A stretch of 57,984 bases of DNA from Chiloscyllium plagiosum (lineage: Eukaryota): the NCBI RefSeq assembly GCF_004010195.1, contig NC_057720.1, positions 12,757,508 to 12,815,491 of the forward strand, written 5' to 3'. Shown in pieces: positions 38,073-50,648 of this stretch. A program made the translations under genes and the position numbers. Under the pieces are notes generated by a model, which saw only the letters and a list, made by a program, of their open reading frames with translations, had not been told where the DNA came from and did no database searches. Each line of letters starts with the position of its first letter. Within the stretch, counting starts at the first letter, position 1.

Positions 38073-38469
38073 ACTGTACCTAGGTACAACTATAACATTA
38101 AGCATCTGGATGGGTATGTGAATAGGAAGGATTTTGAGGAATTTGTGCCAAATGCTGGCAAATAGGATTAGATTAATTTATGATGTGGAGAAGCTAGTGT
38201 TGGACTGGGGTGTACAAAGTTAAAAATCACACCACACCAGATTATAGTCCAACAGATTTTTTTGGAAGCACTAGCTTTCGGAGCGCTGTTCCTTCATCAG
38301 ATAGTTTCCACAACCTGGTGATGGGTGATTTTTAGCCAGATTAATTTAGGATGTCTGGTTGGCATGGACCAAGTTGGACCAAAAGGTCTGTTTCCATGGT
38401 ATACAACTCTTTGACTCTATGTTGGGCAAATCCTGGAACGCCTTTCTGAACAACATTGTGGGTCTACCT

Positions 38470-39165
38470 ACAGCACATAAGAACTAGGAGCATTTGGCCC
38501 TTTGAGCCTGCTCTCCCATTCAATAAGATCATAGCTGATCTTTTCATGGAGTCAGCTCCTCTTGCCCGTGCTCTCACCATAGCCCTTAATTCCTTTATTG
38601 TTCAAAAAATATCTATCAGAGCTTTAAAAATGTTTTCTGAAGTTACGTCAACTACTTCATGGGGCAGGGAATTCCGTAGATTCACAACCCTCTGGGTGAA
38701 GAAGCTCATTCTCAATTCAGTCCGAAATCTGCTCCCCCTAATTTTGAGGCAATGCCCTCTTGTCCTAGTTTCACCCACCAGTGGAAACGTCCTCTCTATT
38801 TCTATCTTATCCATTCCCTTCATAATTTAATGTTTCTATAAGATGCCCCCTCATTCTTCTAAATTCCACTGAATATAATCCCAGTCTACTCAGTCTCTCC
38901 TCTTAAGCCAACCCCCTCAACTCCTGAATCAACCGAGTGACCCCCCTCAGTGCTAGGACATGCTTCCTCAAGTAAGGAGACCAAAACTGCATGGAGTACT
39001 CCAGGTGTGGCCTCACCAGCACCTTGTACAGCTGCAACATAACCTCACTGCTTTTAAACTCAACCTGTTTAGCAATGACGGACAAAATTCCATTTGCTTT
39101 CTGAATTACCTTTTTTTTCCTGCAAACCAACCCTCAGTGATTCATGCACAAGGACACCCAGGACA
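38470..39165 (-). mobile_element. CR1 LINE 3' fragment
   Basis: LYKVLVRPHLEYSMQFWSP; ETRTRGHCLKI. Confidence 0.85.
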
Positions 39166-39180
39166 TGGACTGCAGCAGTT

Positions 39181-39336
39181 CAGTAAAACACCTCGGTTTT
39201 CCGAACGTCAAATATCTGAATTTCGGATTACCGAACATCTTAAGGTCCCGTAAAAAAGTTATCCATTGTCTGAACAATCACTTATCCAAACAACGTACTC
39301 TCTGCCCGTCTTGTTGGGGTAATTGAGGTTTCTCAG
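39181..39336. mobile_element. Tc1/mariner (Tigger/pogo-like) MITE, decayed
   Basis: Begins CAGT..AC.CCTCGG..TTCCGAAC and ends GTTGGGGTAATTGAGGTTTCTCAG-TA; internal ccgaac repeats. Confidence 0.5.
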
Positions 39337-39812
39337 TACCTTGTCCTGGCTTTCTGTCCATATCTATTGACACCTTTAGCCAGTAGAACTATACCTAATT
39401 CATTCTTGAAAACATTCAATGTTTTGGCGTCAACCACTTTCTGTGATAGTGAATTCCACAGCATCACCGCTCTCTGGGTGAAGACACAACTCCTCATCTC
39501 AGCCCTAAAGGCCCCTCCACCTAGTCCTTAGACTTGGGTCTGGACTTCCCGGTCATTGGGAAGATCCTTCCTACATTGATCCTGTCTGGTCCTGGTAGAA
39601 TTGTACAGATTTCTATCAGATCTTGCCCCCCCCCCCCCGAGGACGCCTGTTCTCTGCTGTACTGTTCTATGTTCTATGTTCCATCTTGCCCCCTCCCCCT
39701 CTGCTGTTATAACCTGTTATCATTGAGCTTTGCTTTGAGGAGGATGACAAGTTAGAATCAGGCCAGTTTGATTTTAATTTTATTTTGATCAAATGTTTTC
39801 CAGGTTTCAACA

Positions 39813-40296
39813 ATGCGTGATGTCATACCCCGGCTCACGACAGCGGATCAGAAACAATTGTGTGAACTTTTCGGGAAAGTGAACTTCCATTTACTTTACA
39901 AAGCGAGTGTTCACGGTTTCCGCGTTGATTCTCTCCACGAAAAATGTAGGAAACAAGGACCAACAATAACTGTCGGGTACAACAAGTCGGGTTTTATTTT
40001 TGGAGGCTACAGAACGGAAGATTTTGCTGTCGGGTCTGTAGTGGATAATAAGGCTTTCCTTTTCCGACTGAACACGGATTTACCGGGAAAAAAGCCGTTA
40101 AAGTTTCCTGTGAGACAAGATGCTGTGGCAATTTGTGATCATTACCAAAACGGTCCAAATTTCGGAAACAGTCTTTTATTTCAGGTTAATGCTGAAAAAG
40201 TTGAGTTGAGATCTGATGGCTCCTACAGTGTTACAAATAGTGCCCTGTTTGGCCAAGATGAAGACCTTGTTGAACTTGAAGTTTACCGGGTGGAAG
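39813..40296 (+). CDS. IFI44: IFI44/IFI44L-family protein, coding exon 1 (TLDc domain); exon starts at 39804
   Basis: Acceptor ttttccag|; LLYKASVHGF...GPTITV...FIFGGY...AFLF...GPNFG...ELEVYRV are TLDc motifs; donor G|gtaagg, phase 1. Confidence 0.9.
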
Positions 40297-41876
40297 GTAA
40301 GGACATTTTAATTTAACCACCTGGGAATAGTTGAATAATCAGGATCTTCTATACAATTCTCAGATGAAGCCAGTCTGTCAGATTGAACACTGTCTTTTTT
40401 TAAACGTTCAATCACAGAATGTGGGCATCTCGGGCTTGGTCTGCATTTATTGTCCACCCCGGATGACTCAGAGATCAGTTTAAGAGTCAGCCACCTTGTG
40501 GGTTTGGAGTCAGATGTAGACCAGGGAATGCACCAACATTTTCCTTCCCTTAAGGACATTCATGAACCCGATGGGTTTTTCCCTTGACCATCTATTCATG
40601 ATCATCATTAGACTTTTAATTCCAGATTTATTCAAGTCACACTATTGGGTCATTGCAGGATTCAGGCCCAGGTCCCCAGAACATTAGCCAGGCCTCTGAA
40701 TTAATAGTCGAGTGATTATACCATTCACTGTTTAATTCACTGTTTATACTTTAAGGTCGGATGGACCTGGTTTGTTTTCATGGAACACAGGAGGTCGAGG
40801 GGCGACCTGATGGACGTTTGTAAGATTATGAAGGGTATGGAGAGAGTGGAAAGTATGAGGCTTTTTCTCAGAGAGGAGGGGACAATTACTAGGGGACACA
40901 GATTCAAGGTGCGGGGGTGGTGGGATGCTTAAAAGAGAAGTCTTTTAGGGAAGGAATCTGCCATCCTTACCTGGTCTGGTCTACATGTGACTCCAGAGCC
41001 ACAGCAATGTGGTTGACTCTTAACTACTCTCTGGGCAATAAAGACTGGCCTGGCCAGAGCTGCTCTCATCCCGTGAATTAATTACAAAATCTCCATTCCC
41101 TAGAAGTGGCAGGCAAGGTGCATAATCAGGTGGGTTGGTACTGTGCAAGAAACGCACCCCCTTTCCTCTTACCTCGGCAATCAGGTTCTGGCTGGAAAGG
41201 TCCATGAGAAACTTTCCCGACCCAGCACCCATCATGATGGAGGTGGGGAGTTAATTGTTGCTGAAGCTGTCTGTACTGCCAACCACTTTAACAGCACTGC
41301 ACCTTCACCCTGCCTCAGCTCATCTGCTGCCGATATCTTTGTTTGTGCCTCTGTTACTTCCAGATTCAGCTCTTCCAGTGGATTCCTGTGTGGGTCTTCC
41401 ACACCATCCTCTGTAAGCTTGAGATCGTCCAACTCTCTGTCCATGTATTAAATCATGTTCCCTTGTCACCTCCATGCACACGATGTCATTGGTTGCTGTT
41501 CAAACAAGATCTCCATTTGAAAATTCTCCACCTTGATTTGAAATCCCTCCATCACTGAGTTCCTTCCTGTCTCTATAATCTCCTCCAGCCACATAACCTT
41601 CTGAGAAATTTAGGTTCAGCTAATTCTGATCTCTTTCCAGGCGGTGAGACACCTGGTTTTGCAGTGGACAGTCCAGTTTTTAGCCAATCTGGACACTCTC
41701 TAGTACCGATGGCTTCCTAGGTGGTATTTTGGCCCTGAGTCCATGGAGAGGATTTGATAACTGTACATGCTGGAGATCAGAGGCAAAAAATGTAGTGCTG
41801 GAAAAGCACAGCCAGTCAGGCAGCATTTGAGGAGCAGGAGAGTAAAAGTTTTGGGCATAAGGTCTTCATCAGGAAA

Positions 41877-42085
41877 GGAGAAAGTGAGGTCTGCAGATGC
41901 TGGAGATCAGAGCTGAAAATGTGTTGCTGGAAAAGCGCAGCAGGTCAGGCAGCATCCAGGGAACAGGAGAATCGATGTTTCGGGCATAAGCCCTCCTGAA
42001 GAAGGGCTTATGCCCAAAACGTCGATTTTCCTGTTCTCTGGATGCTGCCTGACCTGCTGCGCTTTTCCAGCAACACATTTTCAGC
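41877..42085. mobile_element. Palindromic family A element nested in an older copy of the same family (about 41768-41877)
   Basis: TSD cttcatcaggaaag at 41864-41877 and 42085-42098. Confidence 0.8.
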
Positions 42086-42285
42086 TTCATCAGGAAAGTC
42101 CATGGACCTTGGTAAATCACTGGGAGTGCTGTGTGTCTGCTATGGCACAGATTCCATGAATACGGTAACATGTCATAAGCTTGGAAGTCACCTGACACCT
42201 GCTGTAAAGGTGCCTGGTCTTGATGATTGCTGATGCTGGATGTCTTAAGTTTTTATGCACTACCCTCATTGCTCCATCCTTGGTG

Positions 42286-42575
42286 AACTTTTCCCGACCT
42301 CTCCGCCCCCACCCGCTCTCCGGCCTATCACCCTCACCTTAACCTCCTTCTACCTATCGCATTCCCACCTATCGCATTCCCAATTCCCCTCCGCAAAGTC
42401 CCTCCTTCCTACCTTTTATCTTAGCCTGCTTGGCACACCTTCCTCATTCCTGAAGAAAGGCTTATGCCTAAAACGTCGATTCTCCTGCTCCTTTGATGCT
42501 GCCTGACCTGCTGCGCTTTTCCAGCAACACATATTTTTAAGCTCTGATCTCCAGTATGTAGTCCTCACTTTCTCC
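42286..42575 (+). mobile_element. Longer family A Penelope-type end
   Basis: TSD ctccatccttggtg at 42272-42285 and 42572-42585; pyrimidine-rich segment is the reverse complement of 19050-19140. Confidence 0.75.
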
Positions 42576-43596
42576 ATCCTTGGTGGCCCTACACACACCC
42601 ATCTGAGCTCTAAGCCCCGGCATTTCTTCCCTACATTTTTCCTCCTTGAAGATCTTCCCTAAAATCTTCCTCTTGATTGAATTGCCGAATGTTTCGGTTA
42701 CTAGGATATAGTGCTTTCTTTCATAATTCCCAGAAAGCACAGGAGCAGGGTAGGTCATTTGTTCCATTGAGTCTATTCTGCCATTCACTGAGATCGTGGC
42801 AAATCTGGCTTTCATGAACTGGACGCACTCACCTTTTCCCCATGATGAAAAATCTGTCTACCTCAGCCTTGAATATACTGAATAACCCAATCTCGACGGC
42901 ACTCTGTGGTAAAGAAATACTATGGGACTATAAGATATCGGACCAGGTTCCACACTCTTGGAACATATGACTTGTTCACTACATTAGATTAGCTTAAATC
43001 TTACCACAATACTTACTGGATCTTCTCTCTGTTTTTCTGTCCTCTCAGTTGATCAAGACCTCTCTCTAATGTTAGTTATTAATTTCTCTTCTGTTGAATT
43101 GGTTACTGTGAGATTCTCTACCACAGAAGGTGGTGGAGTCTACATCATTGAACATATTCAAGAAAGTTTTTTCTCAAGGTGTTAAAGTCATCCAGAGATC
43201 AGGGTAGAAAGCAGGAACATGATACTGAATAGGATGGTCAACCATGGTCATTTTGAATCTTAGAATCATAGAATCCCTATTTTACAGAAAGAGACCATTT
43301 GGCCCATTGGGAGTGCACAGACCCTTTGAAGAGCATCCTACCCAGACCCACCCTCCCATAACGCCCCCGTTTACCTTGGCTAATACACTTAGCACATCCC
43401 TAGACACAATGGGGCCATTTAGCTTGAATAATATAGAGCAGATTCGAAGGCCAAATGGCTTACCCCTGCTCCTGTTCTGTAAACTTCTCCTGGTGCACTT
43501 TCTCAAACTCTACTCTCTTTTGTATCCTCTGCTGCTGGTGTCTCCAATTTAGTTGTTGTTTGTTGTTATCTTTTTTTTTATTTCTGTGCTTTCCAG

Positions 43597-43636
43597 AGAT
43601 AAAAGCTCCATGGAGGAACATAAACTGGACAAAAGA
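43597..43636 (+). CDS. IFI44: IFI44-family coding exon 2 (40 nt, EIKAPWRNINWTK)
   Basis: Polypyrimidine tract + ttccag| ... |gtaagt; phase 1 to 2 links the flanking exons in frame; PWR-W linker motif. Confidence 0.85.
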
Positions 43637-45590
43637 GTAAGTTATTTATTGGATATTTCTTTTCCATCAATAGGTGCAAACATAAAATTGAAATTAAAAA
43701 TGAAATAAGTTAAGTAAACCCCCTTCAAAAACTGTTTTGAGACTTTAAATAATAGTATTCTTTGTTTCTGTTTCTGTGCTGATTCTCAGAATGTTCATTT
43801 ATGAAGAAGTGTCATACTGGACTTGAAACATTAACTCTGGATCTCTCTGAGCCGATTCTTCTGATATAACTCCACAGAGGCCACTATCCCGTCACCAAGT
43901 CACTCTTTATTTACACTGGTGTAGTACTTGACACTGATCCAGCTCCCTCAGACCCAGCTCTCAGAGTGAACAGAACCTCTGACACTCCTGTTTATATCTG
44001 TCAGCCAGGGCTCCCTGATTGGGACTGTTGACATGGTCCAATCAGGGAACTTATATCTATGATGTTCATCTGTCTGACCTTGTTATATCCCTCCCCCTGG
44101 AAATCTGGGAATATAGGCCTGTTTTTTTCCTTATACCCTCTCCTTGGGGCATCTTTGCACCCAGTCTAGTTCCTCTGAGTCAGCCTTGGATTTGGATAGT
44201 ATGTCCTGGATCGTAGTCAGTCTCTTACACCCGGAGCATCTCAGAAGAAATTCATCCTCACCTTTAGGCAGCAAGGGCATCAAGGTTGTGATATCATCTG
44301 TGTGTCTATCTCAGATTCCAAGTTTTCTTTGTTTCTAGATAGAGGGGTAACCCACAGGGTTCTGACAGCCATTCTGGCTGTTCTGAGAGGCTAGGTATGT
44401 TTTGCTCCTGCCCCATTTGCAAGTTTGCAGCTTCCATGATGTCCACGTGCTTCTTCAGGACCGCCTCACTTCCCCGAACTTTGTGTGTCACAGGACCTGA
44501 CCTCGCATCGACGATGTCTCTTACCCATCCGGGGCCATTCGTGTGGTTTGGCATCAAACTTTGTTCCCTGGAGTAAACTTCCTCTCTCTTGCTTAGAGGA
44601 GTTGTATATCTGGTATTTGTATTCCTGATGCCGTTTCACCCTCAGTCCCCCAGCCCCCAGATCCAGGATTTAACCTGGTATAGAGCATCCCCCCCCTCCA
44701 ATAGCAACTCTGCTGGAATGATCCCTGGAGTTGCATGATGGGTAGTTTGATATCGATTTCAGGAAATACTTAAATTCCCTGCGGATAAATGATGGCCTGT
44801 TGAATGTGACTAACAGTTCCGAGAGCTCATGTATTGCAGAATATATTTGCAGCTTTTCTATCACTGTTTTGTGTTTGATGAATGAACTTTATGCATATCT
44901 GACCACTTTGAGTGGGTGTCCACAATGACTAGGAACATTGAGCCCATGAAAGGATCGACATAGTTGCCATGTAACCTGAGTCCAGGTTTTATCCATCCAT
45001 TCCCACCAATGTGGGGGAGCTGCTGGCAGTAATCTCTGTCCTTGTTGGCACTCCAGGCACTGCCCCACCAACATAGCCATGGTTGCAACCAATCCTGGCC
45101 ACCAGACATCACCTCTCACCAGCATCTTCATTTTGGATGCCTCTGGATGACCCTGGTGGAGGTCAGCTAGTATCTTTGCTCAGGACAATCACTCTTGATC
45201 CCCCAAAATAAAATGCCATCCTCTACGGTGACCTGGTCTCGCCAGGTCCAGAAATGTTTTGTGTCTGGTTGTGATTGCCGTGTTGTTTCCCACATCATCA
45301 CTGGCTGTTTCAGTTTTGCCAGGACCAGATCCTTTTGCATCCACAGTCTGATTTTGTCAGCAGTGAGCAGAAGGGTGTCCAGAAAGTTTAAACTCAGAGC
45401 AGCCTCTTCCAGGGGAGGCACCATTGGAGGCATCCCCATTTGCTCCTTGGCCTCCCGGACGGTGTTCCAACTTGTAATTGTAATCCATCGCTGGATTTGC
45501 CATGATGCTTTAGGCAGCACAGCCTTATCCTCTTTGAGTAGCTGTAGCCGTAGGGTTTGTGGTCTGTCACTATTACAGATATATGCCAAT

Positions 45591-45911
45591 GGGTGGCACA
45601 GTGGCTCAGTGGTTAGCACTGCTGCCTCACAGCACCAGGGTCCTGGGTTCGATTCCCGCCTGTCTGTGTGGAGTTTGCACATTCTCCCCGTGTCTGCGTG
45701 GGTTCCCTCTGGGTGCTCCGGTTTCCTCCCACAGTCCAAAGGTGTGCAGGTCAGGTGATTTGGCCATGCTAAATTGCCCACAGTGTTAGGTGCGTTAGTC
45801 AGAGGTAAATATAGGGTTGGGGAATGGGTTTGGGTGGGTTTCTCTTTGGATGGGCGGTATGGACTTGTCGGGCCGAAGGGCCTGTTTCCACACTGTAGAG
45901 AATCTAATCTA
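45591..45911 (+). mobile_element. Full-length tRNA-derived V-SINE (HE1-like) nested in the Gypsy element
   Basis: tggctcagtgg A-box, ggttcgattcc B-box, V-domain, (aatct)n tail. Confidence 0.9.
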
Positions 45912-46271
45912 ATAGGTATTGTTGGAACTTTTCTCACACCAAAGATGGCCGCCAAACCTTCCTTCACTATCTGTGCATATTTGCTCTCTGCATCGGCCAA
46001 GTCCAGGAAGCAATTCCGAGAAGTGCTCCTCTCTATTGTGCCAACTGTGAGCCAACACTACCCCAATACCATATGGGGAGGCATCGCATGTCAGCACCAC
46101 ATCTCGCTTGGGAGCACAGTGTGTCAACACTTTTCTTGATGATATTTCTTCTTCATTTTCCTGAAGGCTATGCCTTTGCTCCAAGATCATTTTCAATGCT
46201 GACCCTTTCTCATTTGCAAATGTAAGGGTGCCAGGGTGGAGGTGAGGTTAGGGATGAACTTTGCACAATAA

Positions 46272-47041
46272 ATTTAAGAACAGGAAGGCAGATTACTACC
46301 TCAATGGAATCAATTTAGGTAAAGGGACAGTACAGACGCCTTGTACACCAGTCAATGAAGGCAAGCATGCAGGTACAGCAGGTAGTGAAGAAGGCTAAGA
46401 GCATGCTGGCCTTCATAACAAGAGGAATTGAGTATAGAAGCAAAGAGGTTCTTCTGCAGCTGTACAGGGCCCTGGTGAGACCACACCTGGAGTACTGTGT
46501 GCAGTTCTGGTCTTCAAATTTGAGGAAAGACATTCTGGCTATTGACGGAGTGCAGCGTAGGTTCACGAGGTCAATTCCTGGAATGGCGGGATTCCCTTAC
46601 ACTGAAAGACTGAAGTGACTGGGCTTGTATACCCTTGAGTTTAGAAGACTGAGAGGGGATCTGATTGAGACATATAAGATTATTAAAGGATTGGACACTC
46701 TGGCAGCAGGAAACATGTTTCCGCTGATGGGTGAGTGCCGAACCAGAGGACACAGCTTAAAAATACGGGGTAGACCATTTATGACAGAGATGAGGAGAAA
46801 CTTCTTCACCCAGAGAGTGGTGGCTGTGTGAATGCTCTGCCCCAGAAGGCAGTTGAGGCCCAGTCTCTGGATTCATTTAAGAAAGAGTTGGATAGACCTC
46901 TCAAGGATAGTGGAATCAAGGGTTATGGAGATAAGGCAGGAACAGGATACTGATTAAGGATGATCAGCCATGATCATAATGAATGGTGGTGCAGGCTCGA
47001 AGGGCTGAATGGCCTACTCCTGCACCTATTGTCTATTGTCT
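46272..47041 (+). mobile_element. CR1 3' fragment nested in the Gypsy element
   Basis: LYRALVRPHLEYCVQFWS; RRLRGDLIETYKII; (ctattgt)n tail. Confidence 0.9.
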
Positions 47042-48684
47042 AAATTACTATTCCAAGGAAAGGCCTAATCTCTGATATAGCCGTGGGAGCCAAGACACCC
47101 TTTTATTGCCTTCTCTTTATCTTCCAATTGATGTAACTCAGTCTTATTGACCCCATAGCCCAACAAGTCCATTGGGGTGCCTGGTAGACACATTTTCCAT
47201 TCTAAGGCATACTTCCTCAAGACTATGTCCATGTTCTCTGTTATTAGCACATCATCCTGATAAATGGTGACCTGGGGTAGACATTGTGAAATGTCCTCTA
47301 TCATCCACTGAAAAGCAGCAGGGGCTGACGATACCCCAGGTGGCAGTTTCATAGATTGGTACAAACCCTACGGGTATTAATTGCAATTTACTTCAGAAAA
47401 TCCTCATCTAATTGCAATTGCAGGTACACATGGCTCATGTCCGCCTTTGTGAAGGACAGCCACCCACCACCCGCTCCCCATCGACCCCACCCAAGCTTTG
47501 CATAGAAATCCTCTTTGTGAGGCATTGTGTACTTACTCCATTTGCCACATTCTCCAATGATAAAGCCAGTTGTAGTGCCTGTTTAAAGTCCAGTTGGGCT
47601 TATGTTACTAGGCACTCTCACATAGTTACATCATTAATCCCAGATACCAAACAGTCTCTCAGCATCTCATTAAGGTTAGACCAAAGTCACATGCCCCTGC
47701 CAGTCATCTTGAACTCATCAAACATCCCAATATGGATTCTTTTGGTTATCAAATTGCTGAGTAAAATCAATAGCATCTCAGAATTAGAGGCTTGGGGTTT
47801 TAATATTCATTAACCAAATCTGTTAATTCTTGAAAGGTTTTCATATCTGGTGCCTCAGAATAAGTTAGGCTTCTAATAACTAAAAAGGTTGCGGGTCCAC
47901 AAGCTGTCAGGAGAATTAGTCGTTGCTTTTCATCTGCCCCAATGTCATTTGCCCCCCAAAAAACATCATTTTCACATATTGGGCCCAGTCTTCAATGGCA
48001 GGATCAAATGAGTCAAGCTTCCCAAATAACAGCATGATGCCTGAAATGCTCACCCCAACTCAAATATGACTGTTATGAGCAAATTTATTCAGGAAAATAT
48101 TTTTCTTCTTTCGCTGCCATGAATTAACTTCACGGAGGCCGGTATCCCATCGCCAAGTCACTCTTTATTTACATGTGCATTGTATTTGACACTGGTCTGG
48201 CTTCCTCAGAGGTTGCTCTCAGAGTGAACAGAACATCTGACACTCCTGCTCATTATATCTATGAGGTCCATCTGACTGACCTCATTACAAGCGCTACACT
48301 TTCAAATCTGCAGGGTTTCTTAAATATGTTCTGTTTGTTTCAGATTTCCAGCATCTGCAGTATTTTACTTTTATTTGAGTATAATATATGTTCAGGTTGA
48401 AGTGAATTATTGTTCAGTTTACTTTTGTTGCTTCCTCCCTTCCTCTTGTGAAGGTACAATTCCACAATATCAGTGAACACCACCTTACCACCACCTTAAT
48501 CTGTGAGGCCAGGCTGTAGATTCAACTTTCACCAATTCCCCAACAAAGCAAATGAAGTCGAGGACATTCAGAATTCAATCTAACCCAGAGTGCACCCCCT
48601 TCCAATATTTCCAGGTTCAAGTAATGCATGTAGCATGAAATATTTACACGTAGATTCCATTCAACATTGTGAAGTTTGCTGCAG

Positions 48685-49780
48685 ATTGGAACCCTTTCTA
48701 GATTAACAACATCCTTCCAATATCCAGGGTGACCAAAATTGTATGCAGTATTCAAAAAGTGGCCTCAGCAATGCCCAGTACAACCGTATCATGACATTCC
48801 AACTTCTACACTCAATGATCTGACACTGAAAGCAAGAGTGCCAAACGCATTTCTTCACCACCATGTCTACCTGTGACTCCACTTTCAGGGAATAATATAC
48901 CTGTAGCCCTAGGTCCCCCTGTTCAACAACATTCCCCAGAGTCCTACCATTAACTATGTAAGTCCAGTCCTTGTTTGTTTTACCAAAATACAACACCTCA
49001 CATCTATCAAAATTAAACTCCATTTGCCACTTTTCAGCCTATTGGCCCAATTGATTAATATCTTGTGGTAATTTTAGACAACCTTCTTCAGACTCCACTA
49101 TACCACCAATTTTCGTGTCATTCATCAACTTACTATCAACGCGTCCTTTATTCGCATCTGATTTATTTTTATAAATTACAAACAAGAGTGGGTCCAGAAC
49201 CAATCCTTGTGGCACACCGCTGGTCACAGGTCTCCAATCCAAAAAACAGCTGTCTATCACCATCACCATTTCCTGATGAAGGGCTTTTGCCTGAAACATC
49301 AATTTTCCTGGACCATGGATGCTGCCTGACCTGCTGTGCTTTTCCAGTACCATACTCTCGACTCTAATCTGCAGTCCTCAATTTTGCCTGCCTATCACTA
49401 ACCTCTATCTTCTGCCATCAATTCGTAATTATGGAAACAGAGCCTTCAGTCCAAATCATCCATGCCGACGCAATATCCGAAATAAATCTAGTCCCATTTG
49501 CCAGCATTTGGCCCAAATCCCTCTAAACCCTTCCTATTCATTTCCCCATCCAGATACCTTTTCAATGTTGTCTTTGTACCGTCCTCCACCACTACCTCTT
49601 GCAATTCATTCCATACACTCACCATCCTCTGCATGAAAGAATTGCCCCTTAGGTGGCTTTTTAATCTTTCCCTCTCACCTTATACCTATGCCCTCTAGGT
49701 TTGGGTTCCCCTACCCTCGGGAAAAACCTTGCCTTTTCACCCTATCCATGCCCCTCATGACTTTATAAACCTCTATTGGT
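48685..49780 (-). mobile_element. CR1 RT and 3' fragments with a nested family A end
   Basis: WRPVTSGVPQG...DTKIGG; LLRPLFEYCIQFWSP. Confidence 0.8.
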
Positions 49781-50003
49781 ACTTGGGTCTTAATCATCCA
49801 AAAACATACGCCTAGAGCTTTTGGCCTTCATTTGCCAACATAGCAGTGATGTAGGTAATGGCACCCAGGTTAATGTTCTGGTCACAGGGGTTTGTCTCTC
49901 TCCACGGATGAAAAACACTGCCATCCCTATCTGAACTACATGTGGTTATAGACCCACAGCAATTTGGTTTCCTTTTAACTTGCCTGTGAGAAATGAGTAC
50001 TAG

Positions 50004-50095
50004 GTTGAAACTTTATTGCTGGAACAGCACAGCAGGTCAGGCAGCATCCAGGGAACAGGAGATTCGACGTTTCGGGCACAGGCCCTTCTTCAGGA
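50004..50095 (-). mobile_element. Short family A insertion with TSD
   Basis: TSD gaaatgagtactag at 49990-50003 and 50094-50107. Confidence 0.7.
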
Positions 50096-50648
50096 AATGA
50101 GTACTAGTCTAGCTATTTAGATGTGACATCGTTGCTAAACCAGCATCTGGAATGTTTCTGGTGTCACTCCACATCTTGTACAGTTAACTTCCTATCTGTC
50201 CTGTCAATCCAACCAGGGGCTACAAAGGAGTTGGCTGATGTTCATAGAATCCCTAACAATGTGGAAACAGGCCATTTGGCCCAACAAGTCTCTGAAGAGT
50301 AACCCCCCAGATGCATTCCATTACTCTTTTATTGTACATTTACCCCTGACTAATGCACCTAACCTACACATCCCTGAACACTCTGGGCAATTTAGCGTGG
50401 TCAATTCACTTACTGCCCAGAACCAATTATCAGTCTGTTTGGCAGCTGGCGTTCACTTGTGGAATGTGCGTAAGATTTGGGCCTCAAAGTGACTTTGCCA
50501 TTGTGCCTTTGGCCCAGAGTAAAAATGGTCAAAACCTGCCACACGATAATAATGCTCTATCATTATCTTCCAACCCACCATGAGCAATACTCAGGGAGAT
50601 CTGTTGTTTGAGCCATTAAATCCTGAACTCCACTTCTTTTGCTAACAG

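Larger units (their letters stand above)
43862..48289 (-). mobile_element. Decayed Gypsy/Ty3 LTR retrotransposon with both LTRs, antisense in an IFI44 intron
   Basis: LTRs at 43862-44087 and 48120-48289; PPT GGGGGAGGGA next to 44088; PBS-like TGGCAGCGA at 48111-48119; remnants in RT (PGVSSAPAAFQ, YQDDVLI), RNaseH (LTCDASPYGIG), integrase (PFMGSMFLVIVDTHSKW) order. Confidence 0.85.

Noticed and set aside
37857..38089. Recurrent small ORFs MCCWKSAAGQAAS... on both strands
   Set aside because: Translations of the family A repeat, not genes
45591..45660. tRNA gene
   Set aside because: A/B boxes continue into a V-SINE body and tail, so this is a SINE head
45167..46000. 277-aa ORF
   Set aside because: Chimera of decayed Gypsy pol and an antisense SINE
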